This document shows, in pieces, positions 8,844-15,635 of a stretch of 20,000 nt of DNA; the first letter of the stretch is position 1; every line of letters begins with the position of its first letter. Made by a program: the position numbers and the translations under genes. Origin of the DNA: an uncultured virus (IMG/VR IMGVR_UViG_3300032220_001168) (taxonomy: Duplodnaviria > Heunggongvirae > Uroviricota > Caudoviricetes); IMG/VR virus record IMGVR_UViG_3300032220_001168; one strand, written 5' to 3'. A model generated the notes under the pieces. That model did no database searches. It was not told where the DNA came from and worked only from the letters and a program-made list of their open reading frames with translations.

Positions 8844-9242
8844 CTATTGTAGCTCGTCAAACTTGTAGGTGATCCTCATTTCGCCGCCTAATGCCTTCAC
8901 TTCATTACTGGCGTCTTCTGCTGCCTCCTGCTGGATCAATACTGAAGGAACAACGGCGTCGGGCAATGGGGTGACGATGGCATGTGGATAAAGTTGCTTG
9001 GCTTGCTCGGCTAATGTTGCAGCATTCTCAATGCGCTCCTCTTTCTCCCATTGCTCCACAATTTTGACAGTTTGCCTGTCAACATCCTTCATGATTTGCC
9101 GTGTTTTCCATTCAGTCCAATCAGGACGGCACCAAACAATAAGCCTGGAGAGCCAGGGGTTAAAGGCCATTGAAGGACGCATTAGCACCAACCAAATTGC
9201 CAGCTCATAAAGCAGAGCATTGATCAGTGCTGATAGCGTCAT
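8844..9242 (-). CDS. Hypothetical protein with hydrophobic N-terminus, coupled to the endolysin (possible lysis accessory)
   Basis: ATGA overlap with the endolysin stop. N-terminal hydrophobic segment followed by a helical charged region. Confidence 0.6.
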   Translation of the reverse strand: MTLSALINALLYELAIWLVLMRPSMAFNPWLSRLIVWCRPDWTEWKTRQIMKDVDRQTVKIVEQWEKEERIENAATLAEQAKQLYPHAIVTPLPDAVVPSVLIQQEAAEDASNEVKALGGEMRITYKFDELQ

Positions 9243-9931
9243 GGTTTGACCAGTACAGCCCAGCCAGAATTGGGCCCCTCAACAGTCCAGCGGGGAGCCC
9301 AATATTTCTTCCCATAGTAAACACATTTGCCGCCTTCGCCACTGATGTATCCACCATGAATCACGTCTGCTGTGCCATACGGGTCGTTGTGAACGATGGA
9401 AAGCGCATCAAAGCCCACTGCCACGCTCCAGTGACCGCCTCCAGAGGGGGCTTTATAGCTCCCATGATGCAACCATCCAACCAGCACTGGACGACCCTCT
9501 TTCAGCTCCTTTTCAAGGGCTTCTAGGCCCATGTTTTGCTTGAATTCCGCCTGGAGTCCTAGGTGTTGCAAAGCCTTTAGTTGAGCGCTGGAATCAGTGG
9601 TGTCCCCGTAACGAGCGCGAATGCTGTTGTACTCGTCATCACTGCCCACTTTTCCATAGAACTTTGCGACCATGGCGGAGCTGCTGCTAAAGCATTCACG
9701 ACCGCCAGAGCCACTTTTGTTGTCACGTTGCCATTCGTAGGGTACGGACAGGATCGGAGATTTTTGCTTTCCAGTCTGACTCCAAACCTTAAACCATTCG
9801 TTATTTTTGCTCATCAATTCAGGAGCAGTCTTCATGAGCTGCTCTTCAAGCAATTGCACGGCAGCACTTTGATACGGCAGTCCTTGCTTGTAATATTTGA
9901 ACAAATCAGAAAGGCGAACGGAGCCAGACAT
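9239..9931 (-). CDS. C39-family cysteine peptidase, probable endolysin
   Basis: LSVPYEWQRDN...RECFSSS (catalytic Cys), GGGHWSV (His), HNDPYG (Asp). Cyanophage-type N-terminal helical domain. Perfect AGGAGGT RBS at 9936-9942 (- strand). Confidence 0.85.
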   Translation of the reverse strand: MSGSVRLSDLFKYYKQGLPYQSAAVQLLEEQLMKTAPELMSKNNEWFKVWSQTGKQKSPILSVPYEWQRDNKSGSGGRECFSSSSAMVAKFYGKVGSDDEYNSIRARYGDTTDSSAQLKALQHLGLQAEFKQNMGLEALEKELKEGRPVLVGWLHHGSYKAPSGGGHWSVAVGFDALSIVHNDPYGTADVIHGGYISGEGGKCVYYGKKYWAPRWTVEGPNSGWAVLVKP

Positions 9932-9945
9932 GCCTACCTCCTCTC

Positions 9946-10092
9946 CTACTTAAGCTTGGTCTTAAAAATGGACTTGGCGATGGCAAGAATTAGCTCAACA
10001 GTGCTGTTGGGCTTGATGGGAAGAGCGGCGATGATGGTTTCAATGGCGCCAACGACGATACCGCCGATGAGCATGAGTTCTGCAGGGGTCAT
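9946..10092 (-). CDS. Small hydrophobic protein (48 aa), holin candidate
   Basis: Manual translation MTPAELMLIGGIVVGAIETIIAALPIKPNSTVELILAIAKSIFKTKLK*: hydrophobic helix, PNS turn, amphipathic helix, basic tail. Directly upstream of the endolysin. Confidence 0.7.
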   Translation of the reverse strand: MTPAELMLIGGIVVGAIETIIAALPIKPNSTVELILAIAKSIFKTKLK

Positions 10093-10116
10093 GGGGAATT
10101 CTGCTTTTTCCTTAGC

Positions 10117-10326
10117 TTAGCGTTTGATTTCCAAATCGCGCACTCTTCCTTCGATCCCCTTCATGCTATTTGTTAGTTCGTCCAGCTTTTCAGCAATGCT
10201 TTCCACTTGCGTGGCAATCTTCACTTGTTGATTGCCAACAGTGACCATCATGCCGCCACTAGCAAGCAGCATGCCTGCAGTGACGGTCGCTGCAAAGTTC
10301 ATCATGCTTTCTTGCCAAGACTGCAT
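10117..10326 (-). CDS. Membrane-anchored coiled-coil protein (69 aa), lysis-cassette associated
   Basis: N-terminal hydrophobic segment followed by a heptad-rich tail ending IEGRVRDLEIKR. TAGAAT 22 nt upstream. Confidence 0.65.
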   Translation of the reverse strand: MQSWQESMMNFAATVTAGMLLASGGMMVTVGNQQVKIATQVESIAEKLDELTNSMKGIEGRVRDLEIKR

Positions 10327-10414
10327 TGTTCGTTGCTGTTTTTTTTATATTCTACACAATCGCCATCGTTAACTTTGGCAGTTTAAACTGTATGGAAGCC
10401 AGTTCAGTATCACT

Positions 10415-10897
10415 ATGGGGATGAGAAATGGACCCGAAGAACTCCTTCAATCTCTCTCCGAACTACGCCCTGGCGAGGCCAAGCGTCGTTACCGCAAAAG
10501 CATTTTTGAAGACTTCCCCACAAGAGGACCATTTGGTCATTGTGCCTGTGCCTATTGCGGGAAGTGGAGCGAGAAGCTTACGATTGATCACATCGTCCCC
10601 AAGAGCAAAGGTGGACCGCACTTTGCAAAATGGAACAATAGCCCATCTTGTCTCTCGTGTAATGCAAGCAAGGGAAGCCTGCCGTTGTTTGAATGGTGGC
10701 GACCGAAAGAATTCTGGACAGAAGAACGTGAGCTTATTTTGATGGGCTGGATTCATTCCAATAGTTTTGTTAGCGCTCACACTGATCTGTCTGATTGGGA
10801 AGCTTGGTGCCAGGCAACGCAACGTGCATTGCCCATTCATGAATCAAAAGAAAAGGGGGCTTTGGGCCCCCTCTCTATTATTTGGTGTGCGGCTTAG
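10415..10897 (+). CDS. HNH endonuclease
   Basis: CAYCG...LTIDHIVPKSKGG...NNSPSCLSCNASKG: classic Zn-binding HNH motif. Confidence 0.9.
   Translation: MGMRNGPEELLQSLSELRPGEAKRRYRKSIFEDFPTRGPFGHCACAYCGKWSEKLTIDHIVPKSKGGPHFAKWNNSPSCLSCNASKGSLPLFEWWRPKEFWTEERELILMGWIHSNSFVSAHTDLSDWEAWCQATQRALPIHESKEKGALGPLSIIWCAA
10846..10872 (-). terminator. Intrinsic terminator for the - strand block (possibly bidirectional)
   Basis: AGGGGGC-TTTGG-GCCCCCT hairpin (10854-10872). The A-run AAAAGAAAA on its left is a U-tract on the - strand, just past the DUF3310 stop at 10878. Confidence 0.7.
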
Positions 10898-11279
10898 TCC
10901 ACCAATTTGCATCTAAGCGTTCTGGGGGGCCATGGCGAACGGATGGGCAGCCGCTAATCATGTAGGCATCGGGGTCGGTAGGTTCAGCATCGTCTGTAGG
11001 CACCATCACGGCATGATCAAGAAATCTTGCTGCAATGTCTTTAACGGTGTGAGAGAATTCTTCATCGGCCTCCACTGTTTCAATGAGCTTGTTTAAATAC
11101 CATTGGCATTTAAGCAAATCTTCCTTGCCATTTTTATTCTCATAGCGCCATAAATATTTCTGGCAATTTCCCTTCAGGAAGCCTTTGAAGGCTTCCCCGC
11201 TCATCGAAGCTTGAATAGCTTCAATGCTTTCAATGCCACCTTTGGCGTAATGGCTGGGGCTGTTTACGGAGTCGTGCAT
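10878..11279 (-). CDS. DUF3310 protein (T7 gp1.7 nucleotide kinase/SaV-like)
   Basis: DSVNSPSHY..GGIESIEAI......E.FKGFLKGN..KYLWRY..KNG.EDL.K..WYL..L signature. Confidence 0.85.
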   Translation of the reverse strand: MHDSVNSPSHYAKGGIESIEAIQASMSGEAFKGFLKGNCQKYLWRYENKNGKEDLLKCQWYLNKLIETVEADEEFSHTVKDIAARFLDHAVMVPTDDAEPTDPDAYMISGCPSVRHGPPERLDANWWTKPHTK

Positions 11280-11281
11280 GA

Positions 11282-12004
11282 TCAGAATTGGTAGTTGTTT
11301 TCGGCAAACGCCTCGAAGGCTTCAGGGGCGATGGGTTCGGCCAGTTTAAGAAGGGCCTCGGCATAAACAGCAATTTCATGCTGAGCTCCCTTGCTAATGC
11401 GGAGGCTAATGAAATGCAGCAGAGCTTGCAGGGAGCAGGTCCAGACGAAGCTCGTGTACATGCATGGAGGCAGCACGCCACGAGCCTGCTCACGGCTTAC
11501 ACCAGCGGCTAGGAGCGCATCATAAGCTTGCCTGCTTTCCTCCACAGTCTTCGTATAAATCTGAGTTGCCATGGCCTGCCCCCGTGAATCAAGTGGCTCT
11601 CCAGAGGCTTGTCTGTTGCTAGCGGCCTGTGAAGCAAACTTAGCAGGCACATAAAATTCTGCATCTTGGGCCGGACAATAGCGGAAGCTCTTCTCATTCC
11701 AGCCAAGCTGGTCGTCCACGTAAGTGGACGCAATGGTGTGTTTGTACCATTGCCGAGCAATGAACAATGGGGCCTTCACCATCCATTTAAAGACAACACC
11801 ACGAAATGGGCTTGTGTGCTGGTGCTTGATTAAATACTTGAGGAGTTTTGCATCACGCTCGGACCATTCCTCGGAATGACCATCAAGGCTTTGCCTGGCA
11901 TCGTTCACAATGGACAGACTGTTCCCCATTGCATCAATGAGGCACAAATAACTTTTCCCATCGTTCAAGGGGTCAATGGGGGGCGGAAGGCGCAAATCAA
12001 TCAT
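11282..12004 (-). CDS. thyX: Flavin-dependent thymidylate synthase, cyanobacterial type
   Basis: IVNDARQS, YLIKHQHTSPFRGVVF, PLFIARQWYKH...WNEKSFRY, GVSREQARGVLP, LLHFISLR...AQHEI motifs. Confidence 0.93.
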   Translation of the reverse strand: MIDLRLPPPIDPLNDGKSYLCLIDAMGNSLSIVNDARQSLDGHSEEWSERDAKLLKYLIKHQHTSPFRGVVFKWMVKAPLFIARQWYKHTIASTYVDDQLGWNEKSFRYCPAQDAEFYVPAKFASQAASNRQASGEPLDSRGQAMATQIYTKTVEESRQAYDALLAAGVSREQARGVLPPCMYTSFVWTCSLQALLHFISLRISKGAQHEIAVYAEALLKLAEPIAPEAFEAFAENNYQF

Positions 12005-12353
12005 GGTCGAGGATCAACGCAATGGGGCGGATTCGTTGAAATGCCACTGTACCACTGACGTGAGCAGTTTTTTTGTCCCATTGGACCATTGCAGCTTTCC
12101 TTCCATTGCTTCTGTCGATGCCCACGAATGTGCCGTAGATGGACGTTGGCACCACACCAGCCCCCGTGAGGGCGACCAGCGCCACTCGTTCTCCCTCTTG
12201 CCAGTCATAGCCTTTTGGAACGCTCCTCAGCTTATAACGCCGGGAAGCCGGACACAAGATTTCGGGATTCTCGCCATTTTCCACACGTCGTACAAATTGC
12301 TTGCTATGCCCTCTTGGTTGTAGCCTAAAGACTGCAAACGATAATTTACGCAT
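11997..12353 (-). CDS. Hypothetical protein (118 aa), basic, beta-rich C-terminal half
   Basis: Co-oriented with thyX and overlapping its start by 8 nt. Confidence 0.6.
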   Translation of the reverse strand: MRKLSFAVFRLQPRGHSKQFVRRVENGENPEILCPASRRYKLRSVPKGYDWQEGERVALVALTGAGVVPTSIYGTFVGIDRSNGRKAAMVQWDKKTAHVSGTVAFQRIRPIALILDHD

Positions 12354-12405
12354 GACTTTTTGCGTTCCGGTGGAATTGGTTTACAATGGCAAAAGTAGAG
12401 TTGCG

Positions 12406-12708
12406 ATGATGGGTCCATTCGAGCATTCGGCAGAACGTGAATTCTCTTTGACCGTCAACAGAAAGGCCATTGCAGAATGCCACGACAATGCAAAGCTTCG
12501 TGAAGTGGCACAGAATTTGCTGACTGGCTGGTCATCCATGCAGACGGCAGTGCAAAGTCTTATGTTAGAAAACATCCAGCTTCGTCAGGCGATGGCCAAG
12601 CAAGAAACAGACTTGGAAGCTGCTGATGCCATTATCAAGGAAGCACTTGAGCTTGCTGAATGTGCCCAGCAATCAGCGCGTGCCAGAAGGCGTCTTTGGC
12701 CATGGTAG
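12406..12708 (+). CDS. Hypothetical helical/coiled-coil protein (~100 aa), opposite orientation to the surrounding block
   Basis: ORF 12301-12708. The start MMGPFEHSAEREF is preferred because TACAAT lies at 12382-12387. Converges on and overlaps the next gene by 74 nt. Confidence 0.6.
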   Translation: MMGPFEHSAEREFSLTVNRKAIAECHDNAKLREVAQNLLTGWSSMQTAVQSLMLENIQLRQAMAKQETDLEAADAIIKEALELAECAQQSARARRRLWPW

Positions 12709-13009
12709 CCGTGAGCAGAAAGATCGTCCAGTCGCTTGTATAAGCAAGATTGTATTTGCGACAGTCTCTTTCATAGCCACTGCCAGTGACGTGACGGCCA
12801 CGCATGTAAACGCCACCTTGGATTTCGATGCCAGTGCGAGAGTCGGGATGAGCAAAATCTAGGCGGTAGCGTTTGGAACGTTTTGATTTGGCATGGCGCT
12901 CTTGAAAATCCTTCTCCCAGGCGTCAATCTCACTAAACTCTCTTTCCAATGGAAGGGAAGGATTGTGAGCCTGCCATAGTCCCAGGAATTGATCTTCAAG
13001 AGCACTCAC
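12635..13009 (-). CDS. PD-(D/E)XK nuclease (DUF559/Vsr-like phage endonuclease)
   Basis: LEREF...YRLDFAHP....GIEIQGG....GRH....GY.RD..KYN.A....W.IF motif set. Confidence 0.8.
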   Translation of the reverse strand: MSALEDQFLGLWQAHNPSLPLEREFSEIDAWEKDFQERHAKSKRSKRYRLDFAHPDSRTGIEIQGGVYMRGRHVTGSGYERDCRKYNLAYTSDWTIFLLTATMAKDAFWHALIAGHIQQAQVLP

Positions 13010-13011
13010 TA

Positions 13012-13605
13012 TTAAACAGCAGCTAACTGTACGTTAGCCCCTTGGTTCTGGTAGTTGCCAGTATAGGCCCGTCCCACTTCCTCGATCTCCATGAGCATCA
13101 CTTGCACAATACCTTCGTTCGCATAGATGCGTGCTGGAAAAGCAGTGGGGTTGGAGATGCTAATCGTGAGATGACCGGCCCACCCAGGTTCGATGGGCGT
13201 CACGTTGATGATGATGCCGCAGCGAGCGTAAGTGGATTTACCATCGCAAATGCCAATGACATTGCTAGGCATGGAGATAAGCTCGTAGCTTGTACCAAGG
13301 CCATAGCTATGGGGAGGCAAGCGAAAATACTCACCACCGTTGCTGTGGATTAATGGGGCTTCATACGGGATGGTGCTATTAAAAAGCTTGGCATCCAATT
13401 CACCCTTGTTGGTTCCCTTGACAGTTTTGCCGTCAACAACAAGAAAATGGTCAGGAGACAGCCGAATGTCATAACCAGCTTGGGACAGGCCGTATGAAAT
13501 GGCTTTGGTGCCATCATCAAGAGTTCGCATCTTCTCGCCCACGAAAGGCATGAAGATGTCGTTCTCCGCAAGCTTGGCAATTTGCTTGTCGTTAAGCAGC
13601 GTCAC
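13012..13605 (-). CDS. dcd: dCTP deaminase-like protein (trimeric dUTPase superfamily); catalytic Glu appears substituted
   Basis: ISYGLSQAGYDIRL, GKSTYARCGIIINVTPIEPGWAGHLTI, IYANEG..Q and YQNQ motifs resemble cyanobacterial Dcd. Confidence 0.85.
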   Translation of the reverse strand: MTLLNDKQIAKLAENDIFMPFVGEKMRTLDDGTKAISYGLSQAGYDIRLSPDHFLVVDGKTVKGTNKGELDAKLFNSTIPYEAPLIHSNGGEYFRLPPHSYGLGTSYELISMPSNVIGICDGKSTYARCGIIINVTPIEPGWAGHLTISISNPTAFPARIYANEGIVQVMLMEIEEVGRAYTGNYQNQGANVQLAAV

Positions 13606-13795
13606 GATTGAAGATAAAGCGAAGGATCATTGAGCCAGAAGCCACGGCAGCTCCGAAGCGCACCATTTCCAACCAAGGAAACAATGGCAAAAGGCCCCAC
13701 CAAAGGGGCCATGCCATCAAGAAGAGAAGGAATCCTTGAATGGGAATTGCGAGCAATAAACCTACCAGCATGGAACCAGGGTCTTTATTGCTCAT
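13592..13795 (-). CDS. Small membrane protein (67 aa, two hydrophobic segments)
   Basis: MSNKDPGSMLVGLLLAIPIQGFLLFLMAWPLWWGLL... The ATG is 4 nt after the upstream stop. Confidence 0.6.
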   Translation of the reverse strand: MSNKDPGSMLVGLLLAIPIQGFLLFLMAWPLWWGLLPLFPWLEMVRFGAAVASGSMILRFIFNRDAA

Positions 13796-13799
13796 GACT

Positions 13800-14063
13800 T
13801 CAGAACAGATCGGTGGAGCTGCTGCTGCCGCCGCCATCGTCGCTCTGCCACACGGAAGCGTAGCCCTTAGGGCCTTCCTTGTCGCCCTTGATCTTGACGG
13901 AACCGGTGAAACTCGGGGAGCGCTCAGAGGTCATCCTTTCGTTGGGCCATACAGCCATGTCGAGGCTGTAGTTGCCACGATCATTAGCACCAGCCTTCTT
14001 CAATGCATTGAGAAGGTCAGGGGTGAGATCAATGGCGGCGGTAATAGTGGGGCGATTTGCCAC
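13800..14063 (-). CDS. Small single-stranded DNA-binding-like protein (87 aa)
   Basis: Beta-rich core (LDMAVWPN...SPSFTGSVK), Gly/Ser linker and acidic-aromatic C-terminus (DDGGGSSSSTDLF) like SSB tails. AAGGAG RBS. Adjacent to the exonuclease. Confidence 0.6.
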   Translation of the reverse strand: MANRPTITAAIDLTPDLLNALKKAGANDRGNYSLDMAVWPNERMTSERSPSFTGSVKIKGDKEGPKGYASVWQSDDGGGSSSSTDLF

Positions 14064-14120
14064 GGTGTTGCTCCTTGGAGGATGTTAGATGCCCGTGAGG
14101 GCTGGCCAAATATAGAGGCT

Positions 14121-14885
14121 TCAAGCGCCCTTGTCAACAGTGATGGTGAAGGGTTTGCCTCCTGGATAGAATTCGTCAAAGTACCGGCGAGTTTTGTCGT
14201 TCATGATGGCTGCCTGGCAGGCGAGATCACAACCATCCATTGTTACGATTTGCGCCTCTTCGCCCTCTCCCGTGTCTGGATCGTAGATGGAGATGGCGCA
14301 ATAGGCTTCGTTAATTTCAATAGAGTACATTTGCTCAAGGGCCTGTGCGTAGGCTCCAAGTTGCATTTTGTAATCAGCTAGGTAGCAGTCGAGTTTGCGC
14401 TTGTAGCTGGTCTTCCAATCGAGGAGGGCAATGTTGCCATTCTTCATGGTGGCCAGCATGTCGAAGGTGCCGGAATAGCCAATTTGCAACTCAGAATTAA
14501 AATAGGCAATGGCGCTCTCCACTAGCAACGGCTCGTCAATGGTTTCTAGGAAGGGTTCGATGGAATGGAAATAGGGGCGATATTTGCTTTTGGCCTCAAG
14601 ATGATGCTCAATATCCTCCCCATTCCATAGATCCTCCAAAACGCCGTGTAACCACACGCCACGATCAATGGAACCCATGGTGCGACGGTTGGCCTCTGCA
14701 TCGCCCACTCGTTTCCGCCAGTTAATGAGAGCCATGATCTTGCCCACTGGTGAGCATGCTCCGGCTACGGTCGTAACAGAGGGCAGAACCAAGCCCGCAG
14801 GTACATGGTCCAAGCCCTCTGGCACCTTGTAATAGCGACGTTTGTCCAGTTGAATTCGGTCCGGGACAAACTGCTTGAACTTCAT
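14121..14885 (-). CDS. PD-(D/E)XK exonuclease (phage recombination exonuclease, Cas4/MGME1-like fold)
   Basis: LPSVTTV, RG.WLH..LE, LVE, GYSGTFD, LLDWKTS and QLGAYA motifs. Confidence 0.85.
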   Translation of the reverse strand: MKFKQFVPDRIQLDKRRYYKVPEGLDHVPAGLVLPSVTTVAGACSPVGKIMALINWRKRVGDAEANRRTMGSIDRGVWLHGVLEDLWNGEDIEHHLEAKSKYRPYFHSIEPFLETIDEPLLVESAIAYFNSELQIGYSGTFDMLATMKNGNIALLDWKTSYKRKLDCYLADYKMQLGAYAQALEQMYSIEINEAYCAISIYDPDTGEGEEAQIVTMDGCDLACQAAIMNDKTRRYFDEFYPGGKPFTITVDKGA

Positions 14886-14892
14886 TGGAACA

Positions 14893-15027
14893 TCATTTGT
14901 TCTTCACACAATACCCCCCAGAGCGGTAGTAGCCAAGGGGGCATGTGCCGGAATAGGTGATAGGCTCATTGCAAGCCCCTGCTGGCAGGCCAAATGCAAC
15001 GACAATCAGAGCAATGATGGCTTTCAT
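14893..15027 (-). CDS. Small exported Cys-containing peptide (44 aa)
   Basis: Manual translation MKAIIALIVVAFGLPAGACNEPITYSGTCPLGYYRSGGYCVKNK*: signal peptide, then a CPxGYYxSGGYC motif. ATGA-coupled to the upstream gene. Confidence 0.7.
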   Translation of the reverse strand: MKAIIALIVVAFGLPAGACNEPITYSGTCPLGYYRSGGYCVKNK

Positions 15028-15284
15028 GGTTTAGGAGGAGCAAGGGGGCTTTGCATGTCAACTTTGTAATGGTCAATGATGGCGCCAGTACCACGGTCCC
15101 AAGTGGTGCCACAGTCTGGACATTGCCAGGCATAGCCACGATCTTCACGCCAAGACGATAGGTAGATCACCCTGGAGAACCATTTGGAGCCACCAAAAAA
15201 GTGCTGGCTTTCTTCTGGAATGGGCTTGTCGTGCCATAGGCTTCCACACTCTGGGCAGTTTTTAATGTCCGAAAAGCTGGTCAC
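15024..15284 (-). CDS. Zinc-ribbon protein (86 aa)
   Basis: CPECG...WQCPDCG pairs. GTG at 15284 overlaps the upstream TGA (GTGA), so it is preferred over the track start at 15338. Confidence 0.7.
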   Translation of the reverse strand: MTSFSDIKNCPECGSLWHDKPIPEESQHFFGGSKWFSRVIYLSSWREDRGYAWQCPDCGTTWDRGTGAIIDHYKVDMQSPLAPPKP

Positions 15285-15403
15285 TTCAGAACTTCCCCCC
15301 AACACACACGATTGGCTTGCCATAGCAAAACCCTGCACAAATAATTTTCTGAAGGGTCCGGGTCAGAAGCATATGCAACATGCGCTGATTCCCATGCACT
15401 CAT
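15281..15403 (-). CDS. Micro-ORF (40 aa), hypothetical
   Basis: MSAWESAHVAYASDPDPSENYLCRVLLWQANRVCWGEVLK*. Start and stop each overlap neighbours by 4 nt (ATGA, GTGA). Confidence 0.5.
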   Translation of the reverse strand: MSAWESAHVAYASDPDPSENYLCRVLLWQANRVCWGEVLK

Positions 15404-15543
15404 CCATTGTTCTTTCGTGGGAAATTTTCTTTGATCTTGATCGTCCATTGGTAAATAGTCTCAAGAAGGTAAACAATTGATGAAAGGATTAGCAGCAATA
15501 AGACACTGCCAATCACAATGGAAAATGTAACTGAGAGAGCCAT
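15400..15543 (-). CDS. Single-pass membrane micro-protein (47 aa)
   Basis: MALSVTFSIVIGSVLLLLILSSIVYLLETIYQWTIKIKENFPRKNNG*: long hydrophobic helix plus basic tail. ATGA overlap downstream. Confidence 0.6.
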   Translation of the reverse strand: MALSVTFSIVIGSVLLLLILSSIVYLLETIYQWTIKIKENFPRKNNG

Positions 15544-15635
15544 GATTCATCAAGAGGGCTGCCTTCAGAATTGGTGACAATTTGGCCCTTGAAAACAAGA
15601 GCCAAGCGAACTGCCGCCAGGTCTAAAGCTTTCCC
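15513..15635 (-). other. Putative programmed -1 ribosomal frameshift site (G_GGA_AAG at 15635-15629) and 38-codon -1 frame extension
   Basis: ...GCG GGA AAG CTT TAG: in-phase X_XXY_YYZ heptamer identical to the lambda gpG/GT site. The -1 frame stays open to TGA at 15515-15513. Confidence 0.6.

Noticed and set aside
9581..10120. 179-aa + strand ORF
   Set aside because: Antisense shadow of the endolysin and holin-like genes; TTG start and no motifs.
13740..14381. 213-aa + strand ORF, and similar long shadows at 7495-8028, 15998-16504, 16443-16907 and 19009-19503
   Set aside because: Each lies opposite a better-supported gene and lacks recognisable motifs; consistent with codon-bias shadow ORFs.
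14121..14885. Cas4-like nuclease suggesting a CRISPR-Cas system
   Set aside because: No repeat-spacer array or other cas genes are seen, and no clear 4-Cys Fe-S cluster pattern. Its position beside SSB-like and annealing proteins indicates a phage recombination exonuclease.
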